Positions 37,250 through 50,339 of a stretch of 64,000 nt of DNA are shown in pieces. The DNA comes from Eukaryota sp. GEM-RC1 (Eukaryota): the NCBI GenBank assembly GCA_040285855.1, contig JAUFOQ010000013.1:806001-870000 (forward strand). The letters are read 5' to 3'. Within the stretch, counting starts at the first letter, position 1; every line of letters begins with the position of its first letter. The notes beneath the pieces were generated by a model. The model saw only the letters and a program-made list of their open reading frames with translations. It was not told where the DNA came from and ran no database searches. The translations under genes and the position numbers were made by a program.

Positions 37250-38493
37250 TGATTTTTTAAATTGTAAATATCTATGTCTCACTTATGGACTTACAACAGT
37301 TATTGTGCAAATTATTGTTGATAAATGCTGGGATGTGTGCATTAAACAATCTTTAAGGAAAAGTGGTGAGAATGACACGGGATACGGTATACAAGTTTTC
37401 AATGCTTAAACTCTTGTCTGTTTGAATGCATGGTTAGAATCCGGTTTTGAATTGAAAGCTTTGTAAAGTAAATATTTTGCTAATTTTGTTAAAAGTATTT
37501 ATTGTAAATGTTAATTTAATAGACTAAACAACTAAAACAACCACCGTCGCTATCAAATCATACAACAGCTTTGTCCTCATAAAAGGAACTCACAGCTAAT
37601 GAAGAAAAATACAATTTTGTTGTTGTTGTTTGTTTATTGTGTAAAAACTGATGGAGATGTGGTTTATAGAAACTTTGTTGGCGAATTCAATGTTATTTGG
37701 AACCTACATTTCTTTCATAAGAAAAAGGAAGTGAAACACAACCTTGTAGTGATTTCTAGATTCGCCTTCAACTTATTGTACCAACTAACAATTCAGAGTA
37801 CATTGACCTTTCAATCATACACCCACCCTCTAATAAAGTGGAGCGGCTTTCCAGACGCACAAATATCACCTTTGATTGTCATGGACATGCTTTGGATCCT
37901 TATACCTTAGAAAAACAATTGTTATTGCTCTACAATCATGTTTTCTCAAATGAGAAAACAATTCGCAGGGTTTTCATTAGATGGTTGCAAGTAAACTACG
38001 TTATGTTTGTCATTTCCAATATTGCATTCTATTGTTCATCCATATATATTTATTGTTCCAGATCTCTTAATGTCATTAAACATTGTTGGTGAGCAATAAC
38101 TATATGTATTTTTTCCAATCACTGTGTTAAATGGGTGTCACGTACAGTTTATATTCGGAAAATACTACCAAGTAGTTTATTTCTTTGGTTTTTACTCATA
38201 AGTCTATCAAGTTACGAGGCCGACATAATGAGAGGGTTGACTGTATTTGACAAATAGTCTCAATTTCTCATTAAACCCTCGCCAATTGCATAACTTATAC
38301 GTGTACAAATTGATTGATCAATTTTAGAAGGTTATGTAACAAGTTTTACAATTTAAATTTATTGTGAATACAAAAATACAAATCAAATGTAAATATAGTG
38401 AATAAAAAAGCAACACTAAATTAAAATCCTAATTCGTATGACAACCTTGTCATTAAAAAAACTAATAAAAAAACATATAACAATTACTAAAAA

Positions 38494-39362
38494 CTACATC
38501 GGCCTAAACAAAGATCGAAACAAAGCAGGTGCAGTGGTGGGGAATACCTGTGGCTGAGCAGCCATGAAGTTCTCCAACTTAGGAATCACGGTATACCTCA
38601 ACCTTTTATCCTTCGAGTTCCTCTCTGCTTCACTCTTCTTCAGTTTCTCTCTCTTCGATTGACGCAGAAGAGCCTTCTTCCTCTCCACTTTAGACCCTTG
38701 GTCAGCAATGGATTCAGATAGATCTTTTAATAGTAAATGATAAAAGTCACCATCATCGTAAATATCCTCCCTCTTCTTGACAACTCCTTTTCACCAAGAC
38801 GACGTACCCCAGCGCGATTGATATTGGATTTAGATTCATACTTGGGAAGAGAGTGGGAGATCAGAGAAGTTACGATAGATTCAGGATGTTGGTCTAGAGC
38901 CTTGAGGTTGGAATCAAGACTAGATATCTTTCCCTTGTTGTAGTATTTGGTTAAAGCGGAAGTTCTAATGTCTTGGTAAGAGTCTATAACAGTACTGAGT
39001 TCGTTCCAAAGAGTTTGAGACGAGGAGGAGGGTGTGATGGAGATTCTAGGTGAGTCAATGTCAGAAACTGATGATAGTTCAGTATTGAGCTGACATAGAT
39101 CATTTAATAGAGATAGACATTCATGTTCAGCATCTGTATATTCAGATTGAGCGTCTGTTAGGGAATTAAGGAAGGATTCAGACTCTGGAAGTTTGGAAAC
39201 GTCGTCCATAGATTTCTGAAGCTGAATGCGAAGCTCAACAAGAGAGGAAGATATGGCTTGTTGATATTTAGCAACTTTGGACTGTTGTACTGAGCGCTCT
39301 TTGACATTTTGAAGGTTTGTAGAGGGTTTGGCTATAAGATTTAGAGGACTTTCTTCATCCAT
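38494..39362 (-). CDS. BFR2: AATF/Bfr2 ribosome-biogenesis protein; -1 frameshift at ~38790
   Basis: LVELRIQLQK, DIYDDGDFYHLLLKDL (in the -1 frame) and SKDKRLRYTVIPKLENFMA (TRAUB-like). Confidence 0.85.
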
Positions 39363-39926
39363 GATAATTATTTTGTGAAGAGGAATTTGTCAAACAAAAT
39401 GCAGATTTGTTCGAATTCTTGATTTGTTACTTGGAATAAAGCCCTGCAGAAAGTAACAACAAAGAAATTGTCTGAAGTGATCCTACATCGTCGGCGGACT
39501 AAATCTTGGTTAAAAAAGCCACTTTACTGCAATGAGATCCGATCAGTGTTGAGTTAACACTGTTGAAGGCATAGGCAGAAATGACAACAACAGACCCAAA
39601 AAGGAGTGTTAAATTGATTAACGAATTTTAATGCAATTTCGTTGACTTTGAAACAATAGTTAATGACAGGGAAAATGTTTATTTAATGATTAAAGAAAGG
39701 ACTAGGAGAATTGTCCAGATTCAAAACAGTCAAGAATACTACTAGTAGGACAATGTATCAGGAAAAACATCATAACTACAAATGAGTTTCAAACTAAAGA
39801 CAATTTACTTTAAGTAATCGTAACGGTCATATTCAACATGACCAATAATTTTACTCATACAACCAATTTAGACAAAAAGTAGACAATAACATGATCATGT
39901 ACATACAGAAGGCAAGGAGACACATC

Positions 39927-40292
39927 TTACCCTGAGAAAGCAACGTTTCCACTACTACACTGCATAAACCTGCTTCGTGGAGTACATGTAGTCTCATGAT
40001 CAGAAGTGCGGGTAACAGAAATTTCCCCGTCTCCAACATTATATCGAACAGTGGCTGATCTGCTCTGAAAAGCAGAATATGCATAAGATCCTGGAGAAAC
40101 CCTTGAATACGCACTTGGATGTATTTCCCAATAACCTGTAATGAATGGAGAATAACGCAGCAAACCTCCAGATAGAGAAGCTGAACTAAAACTCATTACG
40201 CGATTGCTTCCATTGCGAATTGATAGATAAGTAATACAGAAGCTACACTGAAAGACCAGCAGTAAAATAATGGCAGATTTGTTTAGGGACAT
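39927..40292 (-). CDS. Small putative secreted protein
   Basis: MSLNKSAIILLLVFQCSFC is signal-peptide-like; 121 aa; no family recognised. Confidence 0.55.
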   Translation of the reverse strand: MSLNKSAIILLLVFQCSFCITYLSIRNGSNRVMSFSSASLSGGLLRYSPFITGYWEIHPSAYSRVSPGSYAYSAFQSRSATVRYNVGDGEISVTRTSDHETTCTPRSRFMQCSSGNVAFSG

Positions 40293-41667
40293 TGACACAA
40301 AAGAATCTCATTTTATTCACAGGGTTTGGCTACAGCAGATAGTCACTCTTCCGCTTCTCCTCTTTCATTCTTTCTGATGAACATGTTTCAGTTATTTGTC
40401 AGACATTCGCTTCCACCCAAACGTCGCTTATCTTCTTCAGCAATTCTATACGGGTGTTTGTAATATGGTCTACTGGTGCTTGTGTCTTTTCTGATACCAT
40501 TTGTGTCGTTCTTAAGTGAAACCCTTATATTCTCAAAAAGAAATATAGGTTTCTTATTCCAAGCTTCCACGTGACAGTCCAATGCATAATGTTTTCTTGT
40601 TTTTGATTAAGCCGATCTTTTTCTGTTCATTCTGTTTCGGACACTTTTTGATTGGTTCTTTCACGTGATGTCAGACTCTTCATCAGTTCAAAGCATTTGT
40701 CCTTGTTTTATTATCATTTATTCTGTTTTTTCTGCTACACTCTACATTCAACTTTTTACTTCAAGTTTTTTCAAACTTTCACAAGTAACGATAGAGTTTG
40801 ATCCATGTCTCTTCTTGAAAAAAGTTCTTCCTTATAAGCTGTTTTTATACTTGTAACATATTATCCGTGTGGATCTTTCTGGTGGAGAAAGAAATTTTCT
40901 CTACTATGTATCTATGGTTTTCATTCATGTCGGATGAAATTCACTTAACACCAATCATTTATCAAAATATCCCCTGTCCAAACTCCTAAAGCTGTGTCTT
41001 TCAGGGTGGACAAAAGAAGAAGGGAATAAGAGTTTATTAATAAACTGAAACCCATCGAATGACCATCACGTCATCGGGTCAATCGATAGTAAACCTGTCA
41101 ACTATACTCAAGGACTATCAACATTGTGCCTCCTCACTTCTTTAAAATAATTTAGAAGTTTTAAAAGTTGTTTAAATGACTCAAGAAGTCATGATCCACT
41201 TTGCTCATATTAATTGCATGCTTCCTATGACGGTTCTTTTCCAATAGTCAGGGAATAAACTCATTTAGTCAGAAGGGGCTAAGAGAGATCACTTAGTGAT
41301 GGTTTTAAAGAAGACGCCAAGTAAGAAGAATATGAAATAGTTCACATACTGTGAAAGCTTCTGCCAAATTCAATTCTTCGATTTAAAGCTGCTTTGTTAG
41401 TACTTGAAAAGTTTCGTATCTGTCGTGCAGATCTTCAGTCATTCTTATTTCGGATCTTGATGGTCGTTTTCTTCATCATTTCAGTATAGTAGAAAACATT
41501 CTCTCCTTTTGGTAGAACACAGAAAAATAGTGTAATTGATTTCTATGGGTGGAAAACCATATTTCAATATGAGATCACCAAAAATAAATATATTTATGCA
41601 AAAATATATAAATTTTTAAGAGGCTGTGTAAATCCTCCATTTGATGGAAAAGTTCATAATAAATTGA

Positions 41668-41995
41668 TTAAATCTTCAGCCAATAGGCTCGCCCAGCTTG
41701 CCCATGTGGTCTCGGAAGCATTACATCCCTAGCTTCTTCCTTGTCTGTTGTTTTTAGAAATTGATTGTATTCTTTGGAAGTCACATTGTCTGCAACAACT
41801 TTGATAGAAAACGTAGAAACTTTTCTGTTTGTAGGACCAGATGATGTCCAGGTGTTTACCCACTGTTTGATAGTAATCTTGTCAACCCTTTCAAAGTTCC
41901 ACCCTCCGCCATATGAAAAGATCAACTGGTAATCTGCTGGAGGGTAGGATTAGTCTTGATAGTTTTCTCTCCACATCGGATCAACTCGGGGGTTG
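41668..41995 (-). pseudogene. Hypothetical protein fragment, start unresolved
   Basis: Coding-like ORF YQLIFSYGGGWNFERVDKITIKQWVNTW..AYWLKI without an in-frame ATG. Confidence 0.3.
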
Positions 41996-43559
41996 TCTAT
42001 ACAACTTAGAATAAATGGAATTTAGACTAAATATTTAAATTCTTGTCGATACGTGATGCCATGCTTCTATACAACGGAAAAATACCAGTTTATAGTTATT
42101 TTAAATGAGAACCAGCTGCAAATTTGACAATTTGATCACCGCTCTATGTGCCTTACAACACATATTAGACACAGCAAACAGGCTTTACTGTATCAAGTTT
42201 TGATAACGACCATTCAGTCTCACTCTTTATATTATTGATTGATTGCTTAGGATACTGAACCATCATTTTTGATAACTGAAGACCATGTTTGAAGAGATTC
42301 ATGATATACAGACAATAGAAGTTCATGTTTACTATCATACACACTATTTAAAGCAGGAGACAGGAAGATGCTCTTCCCAGTTTATAAGCATTACTGGTAT
42401 TTCTGTAATAATCCGTAGATTTTATCATGTCATATATTTTGTAATTTCCACTTATTAATTGGATGTTTCTTGAGTTATACATTGCAATTCTGTCAAAAAA
42501 TTGGTTGGAGGCATAACGGAATCGAACAGCAACATCTTTGGGAAGGGATTTGACTAGTTGTAAGAATACATTTCTTACATTTTATATGTTGGTGGAAGAG
42601 TTTTTCGGTACTTCCTCATGATCTTCCATGTTAGAGATTACCGGTACAATCATTGTCAATTACAGTGGAAAATACAAACCTAGAACAACACGACGGTGAT
42701 TGGACTCATCTGCTGTTGGTTTTGGTACATCTACAAAGAAAAAGTAAAAAAAATTTATGAGATATAACTCACTTAAGATCACAGATTCTAATACTGTTTC
42801 AGTGTTGGTTATCAGACCAAAGCTTCGCTAACTGTGAAAAATGATGTACAAGATGTTTTGTCTTTGTCATTGCTGCTTTAAAGGATTAATTAATAATCAC
42901 ACTTGAGCAAGCTTATACTACTACTATTTGAGCTAATCGCCCAAATTTAACCAGCTTTCACATCTATTTATCAACTTTGTTGAGCAAAACTGGTACAGAA
43001 CTCAAAACCATTTCTTTATGTGACATTGAAAAGCTTATCAATCTACACATTCTTAAAATCTTGTTTCTCTCAAAAGATTTATTTTTTATGATCTATTTAT
43101 CACTGATCATTTACTTAATTTCTATGAATTGTTGTAGATTTTTATTGAATTTAGAATTGATTTTTTGCATCACTACTGGAGTCTGATTCAACGTTGCTTA
43201 GAAGTCATTGGTCTTGGTTTTTATAACTGTGTCAATCTAAATCTTCTCTTTTAGTGGGCAAACTGGTACTTTTTGGACCTTTTAAACGATTTGCTAATGA
43301 TACTGCACTCGTTGATCCAATTTCTGGGAGGTATTTATTTGATTTAAATATGAATTGTTTATAGACAGAACATTATGTGTAAGTTGATTAAACACGCACA
43401 TTACTATATCAACGGTGTCATTATATCAACGAGATACAGATACGAATTTCGTATGCTCCTAGCGCTCCTCAGCTCTTGAATTTAATTTTACATTGTTTAA
43501 TTTGGTCTGTGACAAAGTCTTAAAAGAAAAAGGATTTGAATATTAATTCAACATATCAA

Positions 43560-45250
43560 TTCTAATTTAAAAGTGTTTTTCACGTTTCATCGAACTTTCT
43601 TTGAGTATTGGTTTAACAATCAATTTTGATAAGTGTTTTCTTGTTGTTAAGTCTTCGAATGTTTCTAATCTTGGTTTTTGTAATATTCCTATCATCGATT
43701 ATTCTACTCAATGTTTTCGTTTCCTTGGCACGTTTTTGGGAAATTATGAGAAAATTCATTCAGAATTGGAGAGTTCATTAACTACAATTGAAGAAAAACT
43801 AAATCAAATATTATCTTTAGATGTGAGCAAACATGTTTCCTTTGCTATGCTTCAGGTCTGTTTTTCCGGGAAAATTAATCATTTTTTACGTTCATTAGAC
43901 TATTCCCTTACTGAAACATTTGCCAAGAAATTTAATTCTATTAGAACAAATTTTCTCTCTAACTTGGCTGAAATTGATGAGTCTAAGATTCCATTTCATG
44001 CTTTTTATTCTTCTGAATTCGCAGGAGTAGGTTTCACCCATGCAAAAATCATTAGAAAATCTGCTCTTTTAGGAGGTGTTAAGAATTTTATGTTTGAATT
44101 TTTGAAACGGTTTCCCTTGGATGGAATCAATCTGTTGAATTCCAGTAATTGCCGTTGGATTCAATCTGCTAAAGATTTGTTATCATCTTTGTCTCCTGAA
44201 ATGTGGGAATCTTTGTTCCCTGCTCATTTGAAGGAGACTCCTTTAAAAATATTTCATCTCTACCATCTGCTGTATGTAAGCTGCAAAATAAATTGACAAG
44301 GAGTTTGAACTCTTGGACTTTAATAATCGTATTAGCTTGGCTAAAACTAATAGTCCCGAGTTCGCTGCTTTTTTAATCGATCTTTGTAATAGTGGACCTT
44401 CTGGATTTATTTCTCAAATTCCAAAGGTGTATGGATTACATCTATCTGATGAAGCTTGGATGATCAATATGCGTCTTCGTTTGGCTATTTGGCCTGCAAA
44501 TTTATTAAACTATTCAACGTGCTCTTGTGGAGCTAATGGTGTTTTTCGTCATTTAATTAATTGTCGTTATTTTATTCATCTCCGTGCAGTAATTCATGAT
44601 GGTGTACGTGATTCTTGTTATTCCATGTTTAAAGCACATGGTTTTCACTCTAAAGTTGAACCAGTTTTGAATCATCTTTCAGAAAATGAATTTACTGATC
44701 AAAAACGAGGGGATCTACATACTCCGTGGCTTAAATCGAGTCAAGCATTAATGGATTTTACTACAGTAGATGTATGTAACAAATCTTGTGTTAGTAGGAT
44801 ATTAGATTCTTCTTTTAATCCATTAACAGCAGCTGAAAAGCTCAAACACACCAAGTATGACTCTCAAGTAGAAGAATTAAATAGAAACTAATATTCCAAA
44901 TTTGTGTTTCAACCTTTTGCTGTTTCTCTTTTTGGATCTATTAGTCCTGCTGGTGATCAATTTTTCAAGGATTTCGAAGAATTGTGTAAAGAAAAGAAGC
45001 GTAAGTTTAGAATGGCTGAATGGAAAAACCGTATAGTGTTTTCCATATATCGGAATATGCCTTTCTATTTCTCTAGATTAATTGAGAAATTGTACAAGTT
45101 TGGTGTGAAGGTTCATGTAGATAAACGTAATCTTTTACCGGGTGGTGATGAAGTCGTTTGGATTTAATCTTAGTATTATTTGTTTGTTTTTACAATTTCA
45201 TAGTTTGTAGAAAGGTTACCTTATTGGGTGCCGGATAAACATCTCTCTCA
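43560..45250 (+). mobile_element. 5'-truncated RLE-encoding non-LTR retrotransposon (CRE-like), decayed
   Basis: RT end IGLTINFDKC..FRFLGTFLG, then MRLRL, zinc knuckle CSC..HLINC, IHDGVRD, KRGDL, MDFTTVD, AAEKLKHTKY and FQPFAVSLFG. There is a frameshift at ~44250 and an in-frame TAA at 44889. Confidence 0.88.
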
Positions 45251-45872
45251 ATTCTTGTTGATTAGAGTAATTTTTCCTATGGTTAGTTATTATGCTATTC
45301 AAACAAACAGCATGTTCCTAATTTCAACGATCAAACAACTACTAGTAAATCAAAATGCGGTAAACTTATCTAAATAATGTTAACCTTCTTGCCAAATTCT
45401 GAACACAATTTTTAAAACGAGTGAAGAAACACTTTAGTGTAACTATTATAGATGCCATTCAAAGCTAAAAAAAAAATCTTTGAAAAGATAACATCATAGC
45501 GGACATCAAACAGGGGCTTGTTTACTTTATTTACACAGTATCCGAAAAGAAGTGACAACATCGTCAAACGGAAAGAATCTTACAAAGAGAAAAATCATAA
45601 AGTTTAGTGTGAAGTAAAGTTTACCAGTGACTTGAGTTGGAGTGAAGTTACACATCACCAGAAATGACTAAATAGGTTTAGGATAGGGTGGTAAGTTGAA
45701 ACATCACTATAAAAATTGGCAATAGGAAAAACATGGCCAAAGATTTCCAGAGGTTTATTGTAGGTAAATGAACTTTCTAAATTTTATACAATATTCAAAT
45801 AAGACTACATACTGATGATTATGGAAGAAGAAAACGTCATCAATTGACACGTAGTGAGTTAACAAAAGAGAA

Positions 45873-47807
45873 TTAGCTCCTGATCCCATTAGTTGAGATT
45901 CTTCTGATGAGTTGTTTAGTCTTAGAGTCAATAGAGTTACTCTGAAGATCAATCTGAGTAACAGTGGAATTGACCTTCAAAGCATCAGCCAATGCAATGG
46001 CACCTTCATTACCAATAGAGTTGAACCTAAGATCAATCTGAGTAACAGTGGAATTGACCTTCAAAGCATCAGCCAATGCAATGGCACCTTCATTACCAAT
46101 AGAGTTTACCCTAAGATCAATCTGAGTAACAGTGGAATTGACCTTCAAAGCATCAGCCAATGCAATGGCACCTTCAGTACCAATAGAGTTATACCCAAGA
46201 TTAATCTGAGTAACAGTAGAATTGACCTTCAAAGCATCAGCCAATGCAATGGCACCTTCATTACCAATAGAGTTACCCCAAAGATCAATCTTAGTAACAG
46301 TGGAATTGACCTTCAAAGCACCGGCCAATGCAATGGCACCTTCAGTACCAATAGAGTTATTCCCAAGACTAACCTCACTAACAGACCCATTCCTAATTTC
46401 TTCCAAAACCTCCCTCAATCTAGGTTTCAACTTACTCAAATCAATCTCATAATTACTATTAACTTCCCTTTTTACAGGTATTTCTTGTTGTAATTTCTTC
46501 TTTGTCTTTGGAATTAAACCTTGAGAACTTCCAAAAGAAGGTGGTGCAATAGCTTTGTGAGGAATTTCATTATTAGGAGAGTTGAATTTTAAAATTTCGG
46601 ATTTAAGACGTTCAATTTCTTCTCTTAAGAAGTGATTGTCGGTTTCCAAATTTAAAATTTGTTGGTTAAAAGACTTTTCCTTGTCATGAAGCTCATTGTT
46701 GAGAGAAGACAAACTTTGAATATGATTGACAAGTTCAGAATTCTCACTTTTCAAGTTCAAAACTTCATCACTGAGTTCATCAATTTTAGTTTTCAATGAT
46801 TCATTTTCATCAATCAAAAATAATTGGTCATTAATAACACCACCAGCTTCCAAAACATCTAAAGTATTTAAAATATCAGTGATTTCATTAATTCGAGGTC
46901 GTAGTGATGGATCTGGATTTAAACACTTCATTATTATCTCTTTCAAACATTCTGGTGTTGAATCATCAAAAGGTAATGGTTTACCTTGAACTTTTGCTCC
47001 AACAATCTGCATCATTGAAAAACCAGCAAAAGCTTCTCGCCCAGTTAAAAGTTCATATAGTATTAATCCAAGTGAATAAATATCACTAAAAGGACTAGCA
47101 TTTGATTCAAACTGCTCAGGGGCAGCATACTTAGGACTCATGGCATTTGTTCTAGTCACGAGAGTTGTGGCGGCGAGGTTCTTGGAAGTGCCGAAATCCG
47201 CAACTCTGACATGGTCATCGACCAAAAGGACATTGGCTGGTTTTAAATCTCCATGTACAACAGACTTGAGATGGAGGAACTTCACTGCCTGGCAAAGTTC
47301 TTTAGTGTATCTGACAGTAGTTGGAGAGAGAAGACTTGGGGAGGGGGAGGGAGAAGAAGCTAATTCCATGACGATACCAATGGAATTATCAAAGAAGGTG
47401 GTACCGAACACACGTATGACAGCAGGATGGTTGAGATTGAAGAGAAGATTCATTTCTCTCTGGAGTTCTATGCGTCCTTTCTCTGTGAGGGAGACCATCT
47501 TGATGGCGACGGAGAGATCAAACCATTGGGCAGAATAAACGTCAGCAAATCCTCCTTCCGCGATCTTATCTCCGAGGACGATTTGATCTGAGGGAATTTG
47601 TGGGCAGAGTTCTCCATCGCGAGATGCTTTGACCAGGTCCTGCAGAGCATAGTTTACTTTCATCTCTTCAAGACAATCGCAACGGCAAAGGGGACATTGA
47701 TTCAAGGACTCTGAACATTCGGAACAACAAGTATGTCCTTCGCAGCAGATTAGGAGGGGAACACGGTTAGAGAGATTGAACGATTCACAACAAACGAAGC
47801 AGTCCAT
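45873..47807 (-). CDS. RING-HC - TKL-type kinase - coiled coil - RI-type LRR protein, copy A (644 aa)
   Basis: Intact ORF with a C3HC4 RING, EGGFADVY, VAIK, HGDLKPAN, DFG, APE and six LRR units. Confidence 0.93.
   Translation of the reverse strand: MDCFVCCESFNLSNRVPLLICCEGHTCCSECSESLNQCPLCRCDCLEEMKVNYALQDLVKASRDGELCPQIPSDQIVLGDKIAEGGFADVYSAQWFDLSVAIKMVSLTEKGRIELQREMNLLFNLNHPAVIRVFGTTFFDNSIGIVMELASSPSPSPSLLSPTTVRYTKELCQAVKFLHLKSVVHGDLKPANVLLVDDHVRVADFGTSKNLAATTLVTRTNAMSPKYAAPEQFESNASPFSDIYSLGLILYELLTGREAFAGFSMMQIVGAKVQGKPLPFDDSTPECLKEIIMKCLNPDPSLRPRINEITDILNTLDVLEAGGVINDQLFLIDENESLKTKIDELSDEVLNLKSENSELVNHIQSLSSLNNELHDKEKSFNQQILNLETDNHFLREEIERLKSEILKFNSPNNEIPHKAIAPPSFGSSQGLIPKTKKKLQQEIPVKREVNSNYEIDLSKLKPRLREVLEEIRNGSVSEVSLGNNSIGTEGAIALAGALKVNSTVTKIDLWGNSIGNEGAIALADALKVNSTVTQINLGYNSIGTEGAIALADALKVNSTVTQIDLRVNSIGNEGAIALADALKVNSTVTQIDLRFNSIGNEGAIALADALKVNSTVTQIDLQSNSIDSKTKQLIRRISTNGIRS
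45930..46380 (-). repeat. 84-bp LRR-coding tandem repeat
   Basis: Near-identical units encoding NSIG(N/T)EGAIALADALKVNSTVTxIxLxx. Confidence 0.95.
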
Positions 47808-49509
47808 GTTAGAAGTGATTTAATTTCAATTTTGGACAACTCGTTCAATCCAGTTCTTTGTCAAAAAGAAGGTCTCATACAATCATAGCTCTGATCTTTG
47901 TTAAGAAGGCTTTGGTTATTTGAATCGAACTACATGTTTTATAACTCCAATCATAATCTACAAACATTTAAAAACAAGTGCTCTCTAAAATGTGGTCTTC
48001 ATCGTCTTTCTACCTACTGAGTTACACTGTATCCATCCCACTCCACTAGTGACTAATTATCCAGTCTCATCACTTTCTATCATTGAGTGTGATGTCAAAC
48101 TGGCATTAGAAAAATAGTTTTATCTTCTTCTCCCTACCTCTAACTACTTCTCCAATTCATATATTTACGTCAGTAGATAATCTGACATCAACTTCTTCTA
48201 AGTAAACGTCTTTTATTGGATGCCTCGTCGTGGTGGCGTTACGGTTTGACCAATCGTCCTCTAACCTCTCCTTCATCACGTGACCGATCCCGTGATCATT
48301 TCACTTAGGGTTTAGGCTGGAGAGTAAATGACATTTACATTTTGTATTTGGTATCTTTTCAGTCCGTTTCAGGTGTCTAAACTGACAGTTGCTACTTTTG
48401 TTAAATGGATCAATCTTTGCTGAAATTCCTAACCATGTTGAGTTGTGCCTCCTCGTTATGAAGATTCACAAACTCAGATGTAAGGAGCACTTTGTGTACT
48501 CATATACTAATTTGAAGGTTTTTGTGCAGTCTTGTGTGATAATGATTATGATTCGAGTTTAAAGCAGTATTTTAGAACAAGTCTTAATGGGTTTGGAGAA
48601 CGAATATTTTTTGATACATTAAGTGTCCAAAGATGTATTATGCAAGCTCCATTCAGTTCCCCCGGGGTAAAACACAAGAAGTATTTGGACTGATAGTGCA
48701 CATCTGAACGTTTAGGATCATTGAATTGATTAAGATAGTGCTGAGCCACGAATTCCAGTCACAACTATAGTAGTGGGATTCTATACACAGAGTTTTAACG
48801 TTCGAAATTGGAAGAACAAAGCATACACTTAGTATTCTGTATTGTACTTGTATTCTATTTCTATTCTATTATTGCATTGTCCTCGGTTTTTTACATCAAA
48901 TTTTTTGATTAACACACAACTCCATTATATTTTTGTTGGACAGTTCAGTTGGTTGAACATTTTTGATGTATTGCTCTACATCGAAATCCGAAAATAATTA
49001 CGGAGAGATGATCAGAGTTTCAATCTACTATAAGTTTTAAATTACCAGTTCTAAAGCTGTCCTGGTCTTAATTAAAAGAATGTCTATGTTATCTCCAGAA
49101 AACGGTCAAGTAGTACTTTGTTTGCATACAGACGTAAAAGAAAAGACATGACTATTTTATAGAGTTTGCCAACTGTTCCAGCAGATCAAAACGAAAATGA
49201 CTCGAAAAGCTTAAATTGAAGACAAATACAGTCGTACTAGTATTTCAAACATTTGCTTTATGTTTTTACGAATTTAAACCCTACTATTTTCTGTGTCACG
49301 TCAACTTCCATGTATTGACGTAACACATCTTGACACAGAACTTAAGTCAGTCAATTGTTGGATATCGTCATTTAACTAAGAGTTCTCTTTTGATAATTGA
49401 TGTATTTTGTTAGCCAAAGGTAATTGTATAGTATCAAGTAGGATTATTTCACTTTATAAACACCTTTATCTTACCTCTTTCACCAACAGGTATCAATAAT
49501 TATTGTCTT

Positions 49510-50232
49510 ATGGTGAAAAGACGACAAGACATTAACTCTAGGCCTCAAGTTGAGGAAGTCAGCTCATCAGAATATGCTTCTGATAGCTCTTCATCATCAT
49601 CTTCGTCATCCGGTGTAAGCCGTGATCCATCAGGCAACCGAAGTCCCCCATCTTCGGAAGGCGGAGATAGGACTGGTGTAAGACCCCCATCCTTTACGGA
49701 AGGCGGCAACCCGGAGGACCTAAGACCCCCATCCAATACGGAAGGCGGCAGTCAAGGAGGTTCTACTTTCTCAGCCTTAGACATTGAGTCTTTGCTGAAC
49801 AAGTTTAGACCTCCTGGAGGTTACCAGCAACGTTACGCTGCCACTTCCTCAGCCGTAACCAACCAAGAAATGGTTTCCACTCCTCAGGTATCCTCACAAG
49901 GTACTCCTCTTAGTACCTCTTTTCAAAATAGTGTAGTTTTAGATAATAAAGATAATGTATCGGACAGTATTCCAGCTTCTCCTGTGAGATCAGCTGAAGT
50001 AGCAAAGGCAATTCGTCTTCTAGAAGAATCCTTAGCTAAGAGTAAGACCATGAGTGCAGAAGTTAGCAACAAACTTCTTGCTAAACAGGAACATAACCTT
50101 CAAAGAATGCAAATGTCTAATTTCCACTCTCAACCTATGTGGAACGACAAATTTCTTGTTCAAAAGAAGTTTCGACTCATACATGATCTTAAGGATGAGG
50201 ATGACGTGACGGTCACATCATTTAAAATTTGA
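49510..50232 (+). CDS. Low-complexity Ser/Pro/Gly-rich hypothetical protein, possibly a truncated retroelement ORF1/gag
   Basis: 240-aa ATG ORF with three PPS..EGG repeats and a helical C-terminal part; no diagnostic motif. Confidence 0.45.
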   Translation: MVKRRQDINSRPQVEEVSSSEYASDSSSSSSSSSGVSRDPSGNRSPPSSEGGDRTGVRPPSFTEGGNPEDLRPPSNTEGGSQGGSTFSALDIESLLNKFRPPGGYQQRYAATSSAVTNQEMVSTPQVSSQGTPLSTSFQNSVVLDNKDNVSDSIPASPVRSAEVAKAIRLLEESLAKSKTMSAEVSNKLLAKQEHNLQRMQMSNFHSQPMWNDKFLVQKKFRLIHDLKDEDDVTVTSFKI

Positions 50233-50339
50233 ATAATTTTATCAATTTTGGCCTTTGCTCTGATTCTGAGCTAAAACATCGAGTTACAACAATTCTAACC
50301 TCTATTGAATAGTTGTTGGAAATCGAGGTATCGTGTCAT

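Noticed and set aside
44889..44891. In-frame TAA suggesting stop-codon reassignment
   Set aside because: It lies in a decayed retroelement. Intact genes end in TAA, TAG and TGA and have no internal stops.
45912..46493. Antisense repeat ORFs over the LRR arrays (also 61942-62526 and 5695-5916)
   Set aside because: They are shadows of the 84-bp repeats.
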